Shown here: positions 48,303-60,599 of the stretch, piece after piece
How the letters are laid out: every line of letters starts with the position of its first letter
Position numbering within the stretch: position 1 is the stretch's first letter
From: Macrostomum hystrix
Taxonomy: Eukaryota > Animalia > Platyhelminthes
Direction: 5' to 3'
Assembly: GCA_950097015.1 (NCBI GenBank)
Contig: CATNEN010000038.1
Span: 16,988,001-17,052,000, forward strand
DNA length: 64,000 nucleotides
Translations under genes and position numbers: made by a program
The notes under the pieces: generated by a model
The model's input: the letters and a program-made list of their open reading frames with translations, nothing else
Told to the model about the DNA's origin: nothing
The model's database searches: none

Positions 48303-49516
48303 TTAGCCACGGACAAAATACTTGCCGACTCCGTTTTTGAACGCATTCGGCACAGCTGCGAACTCCAGCAGGTGGCACTGCCCAGTCTCCGGGATGAAGA
48401 TCACGGCCTCGCAGCCAGTCAGGCAGCGGCTCACGCACTGCATCAGCCCGCGGGCGCTCAGGGTCCTGCTGACAGGAGCGTCCACAGCTGTGAGGCCGAT
48501 CAACTTCCGGTCGCCAGGAACGAACTGATCGCCTTCAACGATCAGCGTTTTTAATTAGGGGCACAAAGACTGGCAACTTATACAATAAAAAATGAAGGAG
48601 GACTGTGGGCCATGGTACAGGATTTGGTGACACTAGACCCGCAGTCAGCGAGGAGGCAATTCTGCCAATTTCGCTAATTCCTGAGCACACACACACAAAT
48701 ACTGTACACAGGCACACGCTCACACAGTTGTGAACATCTACCTTCGCTTTCTGATTGTCAAGCAGTGTACAATTTCACTGTGCCTTGGTGGCTCTCAATT
48801 GCGTAATTTGCACGGCAAGCCCCAAGCATTCTTTCCGCGGCTGCGCCCCAAGTGAATGAGGCCTCGCCGCGGAATCGAGCTCAGGGACCTTGTTGCGAGA
48901 GGCAAACGCGTTAACCACTCTGCAACCGACCCCCCAGCAAGAAGCTTAAGTGCTAAAAAGCAAATATTTAATCCCCGAATCATTAGTTAGTTAAGCCTTG
49001 CCCACTTCTTCGATCGAAGTCAAAGCTCACTTACTCCTTACTCATTTTAACAAATTAAAAGCTTCAACGCTCGTTCAAATAATAAGACTCACGAATTTTA
49101 TAGTTTATTCGGAACACGCTGTTTCTAAATGGGCCTCCACAAATCTGGGCTGTGTTTCCTGGACAAGTGGAATAGCATAAATAGTCAGGTGCTCGTCCCT
49201 GCGAGCCGTACGAGTTGTCACAGGCGCACCAGGACCTGCCCTGTGCAGCCATGAACTGGAAGCCACCCAGAGCGCAGAAGCCGCTGCACAGCTCGTGGGT
49301 CATCGCGTCGGTGCGGATTCCAGCCTCTGTCTGCCAGACATCCACACTGCCAACCCTGTTGAATCCCCAGTCTTTTAGGCCATTGAAGTCTCTCACTCCA
49401 TTGGTGGCGTCCACGTAGCAGCCGAGGCTCACGATTTCGAACTGGCGTCCCAGAGCCTCAGTGCTGGCGCAGCAGAGAAGCAGAGCAAGCATGCCCAGTT
49501 TGGCCTCTTCCTTCAT
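48303..49516 (-). CDS. Secreted WSC-domain protein with a C-terminal PAN/Apple-like domain (copy A, two exons)
   Basis: Exon 1 49516-49093: signal peptide, LGCYVD, MTHELCSGFC, CACDN, CPGNTAQICGG; donor GTGAGT, phase 1. Exon 2 ~48532-48303 (acceptor uncertain): QCVSRCLTGCEAVIFIPETGQCHL. Confidence 0.75.
48740..48937 (-). mobile_element. SINE family A copy inside the WSC gene intron
   Basis: Reverse complement of the head ggttaacgcg...gagctcgattccgcggcgaggcc. Confidence 0.7.
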
Positions 49517-49965
49517 CACTAAATCCGTAATCAATTGTTCAGCTGCGAATTTCAACTGTTTCAACTGAGTGACGACTCTCGCGCGGATTCTGAATCAGAT
49601 ACAAAAATACAAGCCGTTATATACACACCTTTCAAAACTAACCGTGCCCGCTTGTGACGGTATGTTAAATTGCTTCATTGAAGTGCCAAACGCATTGATT
49701 TTAGCAGATTTAAAGCGATGGAAGCTGAGATTAGCATTTCTACATAAAGGAGTCGATGACAGTCACGCTAGTCTTCTAGGAGTCTGATTGACACATCATG
49801 ACAAAGTGGCTAGGAGCATCAATCTGTATATCCCAGATTGCAATTCAATTCAATTACAAACCTTTATTTTCTCGGGGAATTTCAATATTTGTCCTCAAGG
49901 TAGCAAAGTAAGCTGTCATTGCCATTTAATATTTTTATCGATCTCATTGCTGCTCTTATGTGAAG

Positions 49966-50230
49966 CAGGGCTGCCCCCAGGTGACCACCCCTCACCACCC
50001 TCAGGGGGTGACCACCCACTTAAAAAAAATTGGTACTTTACCATATTTTTTCAAAAGTGTGGTCACTCCATGGGGCATGGGGGTGGTCACCTGTGACCTT
50101 TTTTGGATGTTTTGATTTTGATTATATTTTTGATTTTTTCTTTGATAATTTTTTCTGGGGGTGACCACCCAGCCGGGGGGGTGACCACCCAACCACCGCC
50201 CCCCCAGCTGGAGGTCCTGCGCCGCCACTG
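49966..50230. mobile_element. MITE-like element with repeated ggtgaccaccc motifs
   Basis: Termini cagggctgcc / ggcgccgccactg-like end; several GGTGACCACC motifs in both orientations; no TSD found. Confidence 0.4.
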
Positions 50231-50581
50231 CAACAAAGCCAAATGGCTCGTAAGTTAAATTGTGAACGTCTGATTACATATTACGAATTTACGAAGCACT
50301 TACTTCTGATACTGTACGCTGATATAATTACCAGCGAACGAGTGATATTTTTCAATTTCTATTTTACAAAGCACAAGAATTGTGACTTTGTTCAGCGTGT
50401 TTTAGACTTTGCCTTGACACGTTTTAACTGTGAGAGATCCAATTCAGACTACTGACAACAGTAGAAAAGCAAAGACTTGGCTGCAAAACTCTCACATAAC
50501 ACTAAAAAAGTATCGCCATAAAAATGGCAAGGTTAAAAGAGACTTCTGTGCACACTGAGAGTGGTGGGAGAGGACGGCGTG

Positions 50582-50636
50582 TGGCTATGGCTGACTGACG
50601 AAGGCAAACAAGCCAGAAACCGGTCTCGGTCTGCCA
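50582..50636 (+). ncRNA. Candidate minimal type I hammerhead ribozyme (Penelope-associated type)
   Basis: CTGACGA 50595-50601, stem II GGC-AAACAA-GCC, GAAA 50616-50619, palindromic stem III ACCGGT, GTC cleavage triplet at 50625, stem I GGCTGA/TCGGTC. Confidence 0.5.
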
Positions 50637-50699
50637 GCGCGAGGTTCGTTCCCCACTTTCAGTGTGTTACATCAACAATTGGAGTGACGAAGCATGCAA

Positions 50700-52100
50700 C
50701 TCATCGAAGCTGTGCTCTGACTCCAACGCATTAAGTCTTGTCGGCTCTACGTTTCTGTGACCAATGCGTTCTACCACGTTCTTTGGGATGCACATGAACC
50801 GTCAGAATCTACAGTTTGTCATGCAGGTTGTCAAGCGTGTTACGAAAGACATTAATAATATTCTGTTTCAAGACGTCGTGTGCTGGCCCCAACAAGATGT
50901 GGAGAACCTGGCTGTCTTATTTTTAGCTTGGTGGAATGACAGGCGTCTGTGGCACAGTCGACGGAATACTCATTAACTTATACGTACCTCATCGGAGAAC
51001 GAGGCCCAATATGTCGACAGGAGGGAGGCCGTTCCCTGAATGGCATGGTGGTCTCAGGGCCGATAAGCATAAACTATTTTAAGTGAATTCGGTGAGGCCA
51101 GGAAGCGTGAACGACATCTGGAGCAGCCGCTGTAAAAGCACGTATAAACCTATAAATACAGATATCAAGTGTGGCTTGCTGGCTTCAAGGAACATTGTTC
51201 TTATTTAAAATGCATGAATACATGCATGATATTTGCCGAAATATATTATTAGCGACTGGCCTACTGAAACATGAATAGTGATTTGTTTGTAATGAGTTCG
51301 TAAAAAGTTGCAGGACATTAACAAAATTAATAGAGAAAAACTTCGTCAATAGTACAATACTGACACGTCAGAGCTACCGCCGTAAATTACGTAAATTCTC
51401 TTGGCATTGAACGTTTAAGTCAAATGAAACATCAATCACCTCATCAATCCCAATTTATTCCCCTGGTAGTCAGTTCTTGCTGCAACAATACCAACTCCAT
51501 CTTGATCTTCTTGTTCTTTAGTTCAAGGTGTTTCATCTGCAATTCGTCTTTCCTCTGGTGACCTTTGCGACACGAGCATCCAGAGCTGCTGCCTTGACGA
51601 CTTGCATCTGAGGGTAGGGCAGCCGGTCCACATAGGGTTGCCAGCAAGAATGTCACACAGTGCTTGTGCATTGGTGTCTCCAGTGAGCGTTGCAACATCG
51701 CAGGCGATGAAAGAGAAGGTGGGGCAGGCGGAACACTATGCAGCATGCTCTGTTGAAGCAAGTGTACCGAATCAGTGCCGACATCTGGTTAATATCATTT
51801 TAGCGGGCTCCGGCTCAGCTGTGACAGACTGCATTGGCTCCGAACAATGTCCTGCTAATGAGGGAGGACCGCGTTCTGGTAGTTGAGTAGTGGAAAGGCA
51901 AGTGGAATAAAGACACAATACTTTGCTGGACACAAAGAATGTTGCATCCATAGCTGAGAAAGTGACAATAGGGTTATACAAGTAAGTTGGAAGTTGGACA
52001 AGCTGGACAGTACCACCCAGCCCCACGATGTTGTCGGCAGATGGTGCACACTGCTTGTGCATTGGTGTCCAAATTAGATTAGATATGCCCAAAGGCATAT
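50700..52100. mobile_element. Degenerate PIF/Harbinger relic
   Basis: Plus-strand fragments ALRF, ESTVCH, GVCGTVDG.LI, YVDR...SLNGMVV resemble a HARBI1-type transposase; convergent coiled-coil tail LELKNKKIKMEL on minus resembles the partner Myb/SANT ORF end. Confidence 0.5.
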
Positions 52101-54049
52101 CTAACGGCGATCAGAGCCGCAGCTCCCTGGCTGGCCGAGTGGCCGGAAAACTCCACGAAGGTCACCGTAGCCTGCGACAGCGGTCTTCCAGGACATCAGG
52201 GTCTCACCGCACAGCTACGATAGAATCACCAACTGACATCCGAAAACTTCTGGACTCTCGAGAACTTCTCGGCAGCCAGGTGGGCTTATCTGGCACCTGA
52301 GGCACCGCGCCGCATGGACACACGAGCGATCCATCCATACGTACGGGCCAGGGGCACCGCAGTGCAACATTGAGGCGATGAAATCAGCACTAATATATGC
52401 GACTCACATGTTTACATTTTCATGTTGTTAGTGAAAGCCTGTACTCTGCGTAAGCCCAAAGTTTGCTACCAAAGTTAACTTGATTATCGACAAATCACAT
52501 CACTAAGCCACCAAAGTTGTACTAGATCCTCTGGCTCTAGATCCATTCTTTTCTCCCAACTGCTGACATCAAATTAAAGTATTCAGAAAAGTTACGTCAA
52601 TATGCAAATATATATTGCACGAGCGGTAACTAATAACTAATCTTCCAGTCGATAAGGCGTCCCCCAGGAAAATGTTAAGCAGTCCAACCGGTGTCTGTTG
52701 GAGTTCATCCGAAAATGATTCTAAGAAATGCTTTAAGAATAAATCAAAGTACGTGATATTTAGATTCCCAGTCATTTTTCTTCCTTCTCACCAGGGATTG
52801 TAATCTGTATTCACCTGAGGCAGAGCGGGTGTAGCAGCTCATGCGCATAGCTCACTGTAGCGTGACCTGTTGAGTCGAGTCCCTCAGCGCAAGTGTTTGA
52901 GTCTTTGATGCCGCCATTTTCGATTTGACAATGCTCCATTATTCAAATAGAATGCGCAGCTCCAGCGACTCGCATAAATAACGGCGCTCTGCAGTCTCAG
53001 AAATTGAAACTGCCTGCGAAGGTGGGCATCCATTTAATAAAAAATGTATACGGAACTGCAGCTTTTAGACATGTCGAATTTTCTACCTGCGATACCTTGC
53101 TTCATGACCCTGCTTGCGAGCCTTGCCGCTGCTTCGCTTTCATACCGCCAGTTCGAAATCGTGAGCCTCGGCTGCTACGTGGACGGCAACGATGGAGTGA
53201 GAGACTTGCAGGGTCTGAAAGACTGGGGAGTCAACAGGATTGGCAGTGTAGTGGATGTCATGCAGGACTATGGAATCCGCTCCGAAGCGATGACCTGGGA
53301 GCTGTGCAGCGGCTTCTGCGCTCTGGGCGGCTTCCAGTTCATGGCTGTACAGGGCAGGTCCTGGCGTTTCTGTGGTAATGATAAGTTCCTTGTTTCTCTT
53401 TTAGGAATTTATCACTTCCAGCAACTGCTGGGTGCCCCAGTAATCCTACTATACTAAATGTCTAAGATCTGTTGGTTTGTCCATCTGAAATGCTCTAGCG
53501 ATTGAATGGCTAGACCAATTTTTTTCCTGTTTTCACCAAAAAGTGCCAATTCATCCAAGGATTAGACTGATCAAATTTCATCATTCTGTCTCAATGCCAA
53601 GGGTATTAAATATTCGAAAAACATTATTTTTTCAAAGGTCAAACCATCTTGACCTATTGAGAATTTTACTCACTGCCACTGAATTAGAATTGCGTCGTCA
53701 AATTGCGCAACAACCCCTAGCTGATTGAATTTAAAGCCTGCACTCTGGAGACAAATTGGAAATAAATGTACACAACCAACCGCGAGACTGAGTGTACTCT
53801 ATTTTCTCACTTCATTGTACAAAGCCAGAACTTTGAGAATTCATTTTATAAGGCAGATTTTTGCACCCACTAACCAACAGTCGGAATAGCCGATGTGTAG
53901 GCACTAGGAATAGGTTAGGCTAGGCTAGGCGAAGTGTCCCTGGTTCGACTCTGCACTGCGTCAAATCATTTAAACTAATAGTCAGCCAGTAGTGATTAAA
54001 GATTATTTAAATTTTTTTTTTTAATTCGTAAATAAAAAATCATATATCA

Positions 54050-55737
54050 TAAATCATAGCAAATCTGAGTTTGAATCATTGCAAAAATAGAGTTTGAATC
54101 ATGGCTAAACCAGAGTCTGAATCATGGCTAAACCAGAGTTCGAATCATGGCTAAACCAGAGTTCGAATCATGGCTAAACAAGAGTTTGAATCATAGCAAA
54201 ACCAGATTCTGAATCATGGCAAAACCAGAGTTTGAATCATGGCTAAACCAGAATTTGATTCATGGCAAAACCAGAGTTCGAATCATGGCTAAACAAGAGT
54301 TTGATTCATGGCAAAACCAGAGTTCGAATCATGGCTAAACCAGAGTTTGAATCATGGCTAAAGCAGAGTTCGAATCATGGCTAAACCAGAGTTTGAATCA
54401 TGGCAAAACCATCCTTCCTTCCTCCAATCCTCCATCCTCCAACTATACTAAATCTCTAAAGTCTGTCTGTCTGTGGAATTTCGATACACAGGCTAAATGC
54501 CTCAACCAAATTTGATTGCGTTTTTTGCTAAACATGCCAAATTTTACTGGCATGAGACCTTGAAAATTTCGTTAGTCTGCTTCAATGCTAACAATATTAA
54601 ATATTCGAAAAACGAGTTTTCCTATTGCTCTCAATAGGAGGCCAAACAAGGTTAAATTAGAATAGGGCCGGACACTGTCAGTTTTATTAGATTGCATCGG
54701 TGCTTTTTCTCGCCCGCGTGGCATTGGTATAGCAAAAATATTGAGCGCAGCTAAGAGCGTAAATTATTTCAAATTTTTCTATTTTTTGAGCATTGTTTTA
54801 AGCGTTATTCGATCAAAAAAATAGCTTATTTAATAATAATAATTATAAAACTTTATTCGACGAACACTGATCGAAACCGTTTTCTAAAGTGCTCAACGAT
54901 TTTCTAAATGTGTTTAACAGTTTTCTAAATGTATCTACCGTGCCACATGTAACAGGAGATGTAACAGGAGATATTTGTTGCCTTCTGGGCTGAGTAAAAC
55001 GATGGACACATCGTTTCTATGCGATTTGGGGGCAATGGTTTCCTGTCAAAGAAAAAGGGCAAACATTTCATGCTGCGAGTTTGGTAGTCTGCAAGTAGCC
55101 TCCATTCTGGTATTATGGAGGTTCTCTTCTGTTTGGAGAACATTAGTTCTCTGCTGCTGGGGGCATTAGCTCTCTGCTGCTGTGGGAATTAGTTCTCTGC
55201 TGCTGGGGAAATTAGTTCTCATGGCAAAACCAGCGTTTGAATCATGGCTAAACCAGAGTTTGAATCATGGCTAAACCAGAGTTTGAATCATTCTAAGCCA
55301 GAGTCTGAATCATGGCTAAACCAGAGCTTGAATCATGGCTAAACCAGAGTCTAAATCATGGCTAAATTTAAGTTTGAATCATGGCAAAACCAGAGTTTGA
55401 ATCATGGCTAAACAAGAGTTTGAATCATGGATAAACCAGAGTTTGAATCATGGCTAAACCAGAGTCTGAATCATGGCTAAATTTAAGTTTGAATCATGGC
55501 AAAACCAGAGTTTGAATCATGGCTAAACAAGAGTTTGAATCATGGATAAACCAGAGTTTGAATCATGGCTAAACCAGAGTTTGAGTCATGGCTAAACCAG
55601 AGTTTCAATCATGGCTAAACCAGAGTTTGAATCATGGCTAAACCAGCGTTTGAATCATGGCTAAACCAGAGTTTGAATCATGGCAAAATCAGAGTTTAAA
55701 TCATGGCAAAACCAGAGTTTGAATCATAGCTAAATCA
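54050..55737. repeat. 23-bp minisatellite (gaatcatggctaaaccagagttt) in two blocks, 54050-54411 and 55219-55737
   Basis: Tandem units interrupted by an ~0.8-kb insert. Confidence 0.9.
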
Positions 55738-56090
55738 GAACTGGGGGATAATCGTCAACTGTAAGATCATTGTCAACTGGGGAATCATCATCAAATGGGG
55801 GATCATGGTCAACTGGGGATCATTGTCAAATGGGGATCATCATCATTTGGGAGTCATCATCAAATGGGGGATCATGGTCAACTGGGAGATCATTGTCAAC
55901 TGGGTGATCATCATCAACTGGGGGATCATTGTCAACTGGGGATCATCATCAATGGGGAGTCATCATCAACTGGGGGATCCTTGTCAACTGGGGGTTCATT
56001 GTCAACTAGGGGATCATTGTCAACTGGGTGATCATCATCAATTAGGGGATCATTGTCAACTGGGGAATCATTGTCAACTGGGGGATCATT
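55738..56090. repeat. ~18-bp minisatellite (ggggatcattgtcaactg)
   Basis: Tandem units just before the Helitron 3' hairpin. Confidence 0.88.
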
Positions 56091-57631
56091 GTAGCTTTAA
56101 AAAGATGTAAATTCAGCTGCTAAAAAGTATATACAAGAGGAATTAAAAATATTTCTGCTCCCCGAAGGGGGGCAAAACTTGCTAGTTTAGCAGAAGTTTT
56201 AGTTCTTACCTTCTTTGGTTTTGTGGTTCTCTGGTCCTCTTTGTTTGTTTGCGGCCGGCTTCGAGTGCTTTGATGCGCTTGGTTTCTGGTTGTCTTTCAG
56301 GTACCTGGATCGTTTGAATGCAAGAGAATTTAATCTATTCTCCTCGTCTCGGTTGCAGTTACACTGGGCCAATAGTAATCAGGTGTGGTATCTTCCTGAT
56401 TCTGATTTGTCGTTGATGTCGGTTAACCAATAGTCACTTGTGGAGTGTGTTCCTTCTTACCAGCCCTGGTAGGTTTTACCACGAGTCTGGCGCTCACCCT
56501 TTGTAATATATTCAATGTAATCACACGTCTGTGATTACGCTGTAATCGTTGGTTTAACGATTACTCGGAGAGGTTTTACTTAGCTCAAGAAAGCTTTACT
56601 AATTAATAATTAATTAATTAGGATAAATCAAGGAACTCTTAACACAAGTCTTGGACCTGGAGTCCAATCTACTTCAGACTCTCCGTTTTCTCTTTTCTGC
56701 GAGACTCTGCTCGTCTCGGCGAGACTCTGAATCTGGGCTCGCTTCGGAGCTCTTGTATTTATAGAGAATCGGACCCTCTCGGGTTCGATGAGTGCGTTTA
56801 AAGTACAGGTGTCAAAATGGTGTCAAAAAGTCTGGGTCAACGCTTGACAACTTGAGAGGTTAGACTTTTTTACAACTAAACTAGTAGAAGCGCAAAAATA
56901 TGAATTATCGCTTTCTTGACCTTTTGATTGATTTTGGGTAACATGATTGGTGGGATCGCTGGTTGCTTATGACATAAAAATTGATTGGATACTATTAATA
57001 GTAGTCACATGATTTTTGATTGATTCGATTCTCCTTTTTTGGTAAAATGAATCACATGTTGTACTTGTATGTTTTCTAATTCGCATTTTCTAAAAATACT
57101 ACTAAGCGGATTAGTAGACTAGTTAGCGCATGATTGGTTAAAATAATAGTACCGTAATTCTGCACTCTACAGTAACTCGTACGGCTCGCAGGGACCAGCA
57201 TCTGACAGTGATTGCTATGCTACATGTCCGGGAAATGCAGCCCAGATTTGTGGAGGCCCATGGAGAAACAGCGTGTTCCGGCTAGGCTACATCTATGGCA
57301 GTAAATGCAGTGAGTAAAACAAGCATTGAATATGTAAAAAATGCCACGTCATTGATTTCGATTCAATTCGATTCGATTTGCACCGAAAGCAGACTTTTCA
57401 TAAATTAGAGCAACCAGCATTGGGTGCTAATGTGCTTAATCGAATCAATCGGATTGTCTATGGCTTGAATCACTTCAGAAAGCAAGTTCGTCATTGAAAT
57501 CGGACTCCAATCGGTCTAGGCACAATGCCCTACAGGACGTTGAGCGCTCTGAACGTGACACAATGCCTGATGTTGTGAGCCACGGGCTGTGAGGTCGCGA
57601 TTTTCAACCCGGAGACTGCCCTGTGCTGCCT

Positions 57632-57691
57632 CACGGACTACTTAAGTAGATCTACTAGTATCTACTATCTACTATCTACTAGTGGTCCTTG
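57632..57691. mobile_element. 60-bp micro-transposon with 8-bp TSD
   Basis: cacggactact...agtggtccttg flanked by tgctgcct on both sides. Confidence 0.6.
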
Positions 57692-57786
57692 TGCTGCCTG
57701 CTGGAGTTCACTGCCGTGCCAACTGCAGGGGATCTAAGCAGCAGCAACAATGCACAGTTCTATGTTCGTACCGAAAGGTAGCTCTG

Positions 57787-59141
57787 GGATGAGCTTTGCG
57801 TCCGACGCCTGCCGCCGGGAAGTTGAGACCCAGCACCTCGCCGCAGCGCGCGTTATCTCGGGGTGCTGCCGATCCACCCCGACTGCCGCGCTACTCAAAG
57901 AGGCCGGACTGGCTCCACTCAACACCTCGGCGACGGCCGCTGCGGCTACGCTGATGGAGAAAACCCGGCGAGCAAGACAACAGACACCGCTCAGAACGCT
58001 GGCCGAACTCGACGTTCAACCGAGAATCCGCGCTCACGGCAACCACGGCGATTTCAGACGCAACTGGAGGACGGAGGCCAACGGCCTGATCGCCCGCGCG
58101 GGCCTCGCGGGATCCAAGCGCGAACCTGACAACGTGCCACCGCCTCCCCTATCGCCTAACGACAGGATCCACTTCGCAGCGGAACTCGCCAAACCGACCA
58201 ACCGGGAGGATCCCCCGCACGTCAGACGCCAAGCCGCACTGGAGACGCTGGACCGGCTTCCGGAACCCGCCTTGGAACTCTGGACCGACGGCTCGGCCTC
58301 CGGAGGCACCAATAGAGGCGGATCCGGTGCGGCCCTGTTCATCCGCGGAGCCGCGCCAATCTACCTGACTGCTCCAGCGGGCGCTTTCAGCTCTTCTTTT
58401 AGGGCGGAGGAGTGTGCCCTCCGCATTGGTCTCCTCGCAGCCCTGGAGCGCGTCCCATGGCCCGGTACGGCAGAACTGCGTTGCGCCACTGATTCGCAGG
58501 CCCTCATCCGATCGCTCGAACAAGGCCCGCACTCTCACCTGTCCCCCTGCTGCCGGGACATCTGGCGCCTCCTCCTCAAAGTCCCTGCGGACCACCACGT
58601 GACTATCCAATGGGTCCCAGGACACTGTGACCTGAGGCGCAACGATCTGGCGGACAACCTCGCAAAAGACGCCGCTAGACTCCCACAAGACCAAGCGGAA
58701 ATCGACCTAAACAGTGCCAAGTCCGCGATCCGCCGCACACTGGCCGCCGAGGCTCGCGCTGCCTACGAAGCGGACCCGCACTGCCGGACGCACCGCGCTG
58801 CCTTCCGCGACGACCGCAGATCCGAGGCGACTCTCAGCAGACGCGAGCTGATCACGCTAGCGCAACTTCGCACGGGCCACTCGCCTCTGCTGGCCCAGTA
58901 CCGCCACCGGATTGACAAGAACAGCCCGCGTCCTGCGGGCAATGCGGACACCAGGAGGAGGACCTGAAGCATGTGATGCTGGAATGCCCAGCTCACGCCC
59001 AGACCCGCAACCGCGTCCTCGGCCCTAACCCGACGCTGGCCATCCTCTCCGACGACGGCCCCCGTGTCCTGTCCTATCTCCAGGCGATAGGGTCGCTGAC
59101 CCGACCCCCGGACCTGCCCGGCCAGGAACGTCTAACTAACT
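57787..59141 (+). mobile_element. 5'-truncated RNase H-bearing LINE (I/Ingi group)
   Basis: 13-bp TSD AAAGGTAGCTCTG (57774-57786, 59142-59154); (CTAA)n tail; RT-thumb end, RNase H (WTDGS, AEECAL, TDSQA, WVPGH, N..AD), LRTGH plus frameshifted CCHC. Confidence 0.92.
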
Positions 59142-59932
59142 AAAGGTAGCTCTGCATGTGTGTTGCAATGTCTATGATACACCACTGTCGATACACCACT
59201 GCTAAAATACAACCTCACAATGTCAAACATTGAAAACATTGTTGTAGCATATACCAAATGTTCATTGTTGTTTTTTTTCAATTTCGGGAGGCATACGGCA
59301 CGGTATTGTCAGCTAAGGCTCGCTCATACTGAACGCATGAGCCTTTAGATGCACCGCGTGTTGAGACCTTTTTTTGTATTCACCCTTTTAAAGTGCTTCG
59401 AGGTCTGGAAAAATGATCAGCGTTTGATAAGAATCACTTCATCAACTTTCCTGAAATGCAGTCTTTCGGTTGTGTCTTGCAAGTAAATAACGCAACACGA
59501 GAAATATTATGCATGAGTCTAGCGTGGACTTATGGTCACTTTTGAATTCTAGAGTCAACTTAATAAGCTTGAAGAAGGGTCCTAGTGACCTATTTTAGTA
59601 TTGCTTTGTTTTGCACTGCTTTTGTTTTTCAAAGTTAGAAAACGGACATTCAAAGTTTGAATCCTATGTACAGATACGAGCGTAGGTTTGGCCATAGACA
59701 GCACGCAAATCGCTGACTGAGAATCTCGACTAAGAGACAGGCAGAGAAACCAAAAAGTGGACATCTAAACTTGAAGTGTATCGCCAAGTGTACAGATATC
59801 GTGCAACACATATCGTTATTGTTTATGGCTCAACCTGTCATTTTTATAAAGGATTCTACCTTTGAGCCAAGTGAGTTTCACGAAACCCATCCGTGATCAC
59901 GTGCTTCAGAGATTCATCGCAATAGAAAAGTT

Positions 59933-60195
59933 TATTCCCCAGTTGGACTGGCCCATAGACCAGATAATTGTATCCCCCACTTGCCCCCACAAACAAATAA
60001 ATGCATTTGTTTATTAACCATAGACTCTTTAACCATAGAATAGAAATTTTCTGACCTCGTCCGTTTGCCCGTTTAGAGGAAGGGATACATATCATATTCC
60101 CCACTCATTTATCTGGCCCGGCAACATTAAATCATTTAATTAATTAATTAATCATCATAATTTGGTCTATGGGCCAATCCAACTGTGGAATGAAT
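59933..60195. mobile_element. ~260-bp MITE-like inverted repeat
   Basis: attccccagttggactggcccatagacca vs tggtctatgggccaatccaactgtggaat. Confidence 0.6.
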
Positions 60196-60599
60196 ACATT
60201 ATCACCCACTTGTTTGACTTATCTATGGCCGAAAACGTCTTCGGACATCGTTTCGGGTGTAAACGAGTCCTCAGCCGTTCCCGGCCAAAATAAAAAAAGT
60301 GGATGATAACTTATACCTACGTACCATTTGAGCGAGATAACTATATAAATAACTGGCCCTCAATTAGCATATTTAAAAAAGATTTGGTATGTCGATGCTT
60401 TGTTTATTTAAAATGGCAAAAAATGTCCCATGAAAAATAGAAATCTTATGAAAAGAACCACAATAAAGAAACAGAACAAGAACAAAGATATTCGCTCAAA
60501 AAAATAAATTACAACACAATCGTAATAAATTTGAATAGCTCTGCAGTTGAATTAAGAAAAAATCAAACAGACAATTTCGAAAAAAGTACAAATAGGCTC

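Larger units (their letters stand above)
53444..56185 (+). mobile_element. Non-autonomous Helitron carrying tandem arrays
   Basis: 5' A|TCCTACTATACTAAA; 3' hairpin gctcccc-gaa-ggggggc followed by CTAG|T; no TSD. Confidence 0.7.
53379..57171 (-). mobile_element. Probable solo LTR (~1.05 kb net) carrying a nested Helitron
   Basis: TG...CA ends, 4-bp TSD GTAA (53375-53378, 57172-57175) within WSC codons G-N; TATAAATA on minus near 56756-56763. Confidence 0.65.
53071..57786 (+). pseudogene. WSC-PAN gene copy B, disrupted
   Basis: 53071-53378 encodes signal peptide and WSC N-half; resumes 57176-57309 (NSYGSQG...CPGNAAQICGGPWRNSVF, donor gtgagt); PAN-like exon ~57500-57780 has an in-frame TGA and insertions; WCAC changed to WRFC. 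Confidence 0.8.

Noticed and set aside
60241-60278. Second hammerhead-like motif on minus (CTGAGGA...CGAAACGATGTC)
   Set aside because: Stems I and II do not pair; at best a decayed relic
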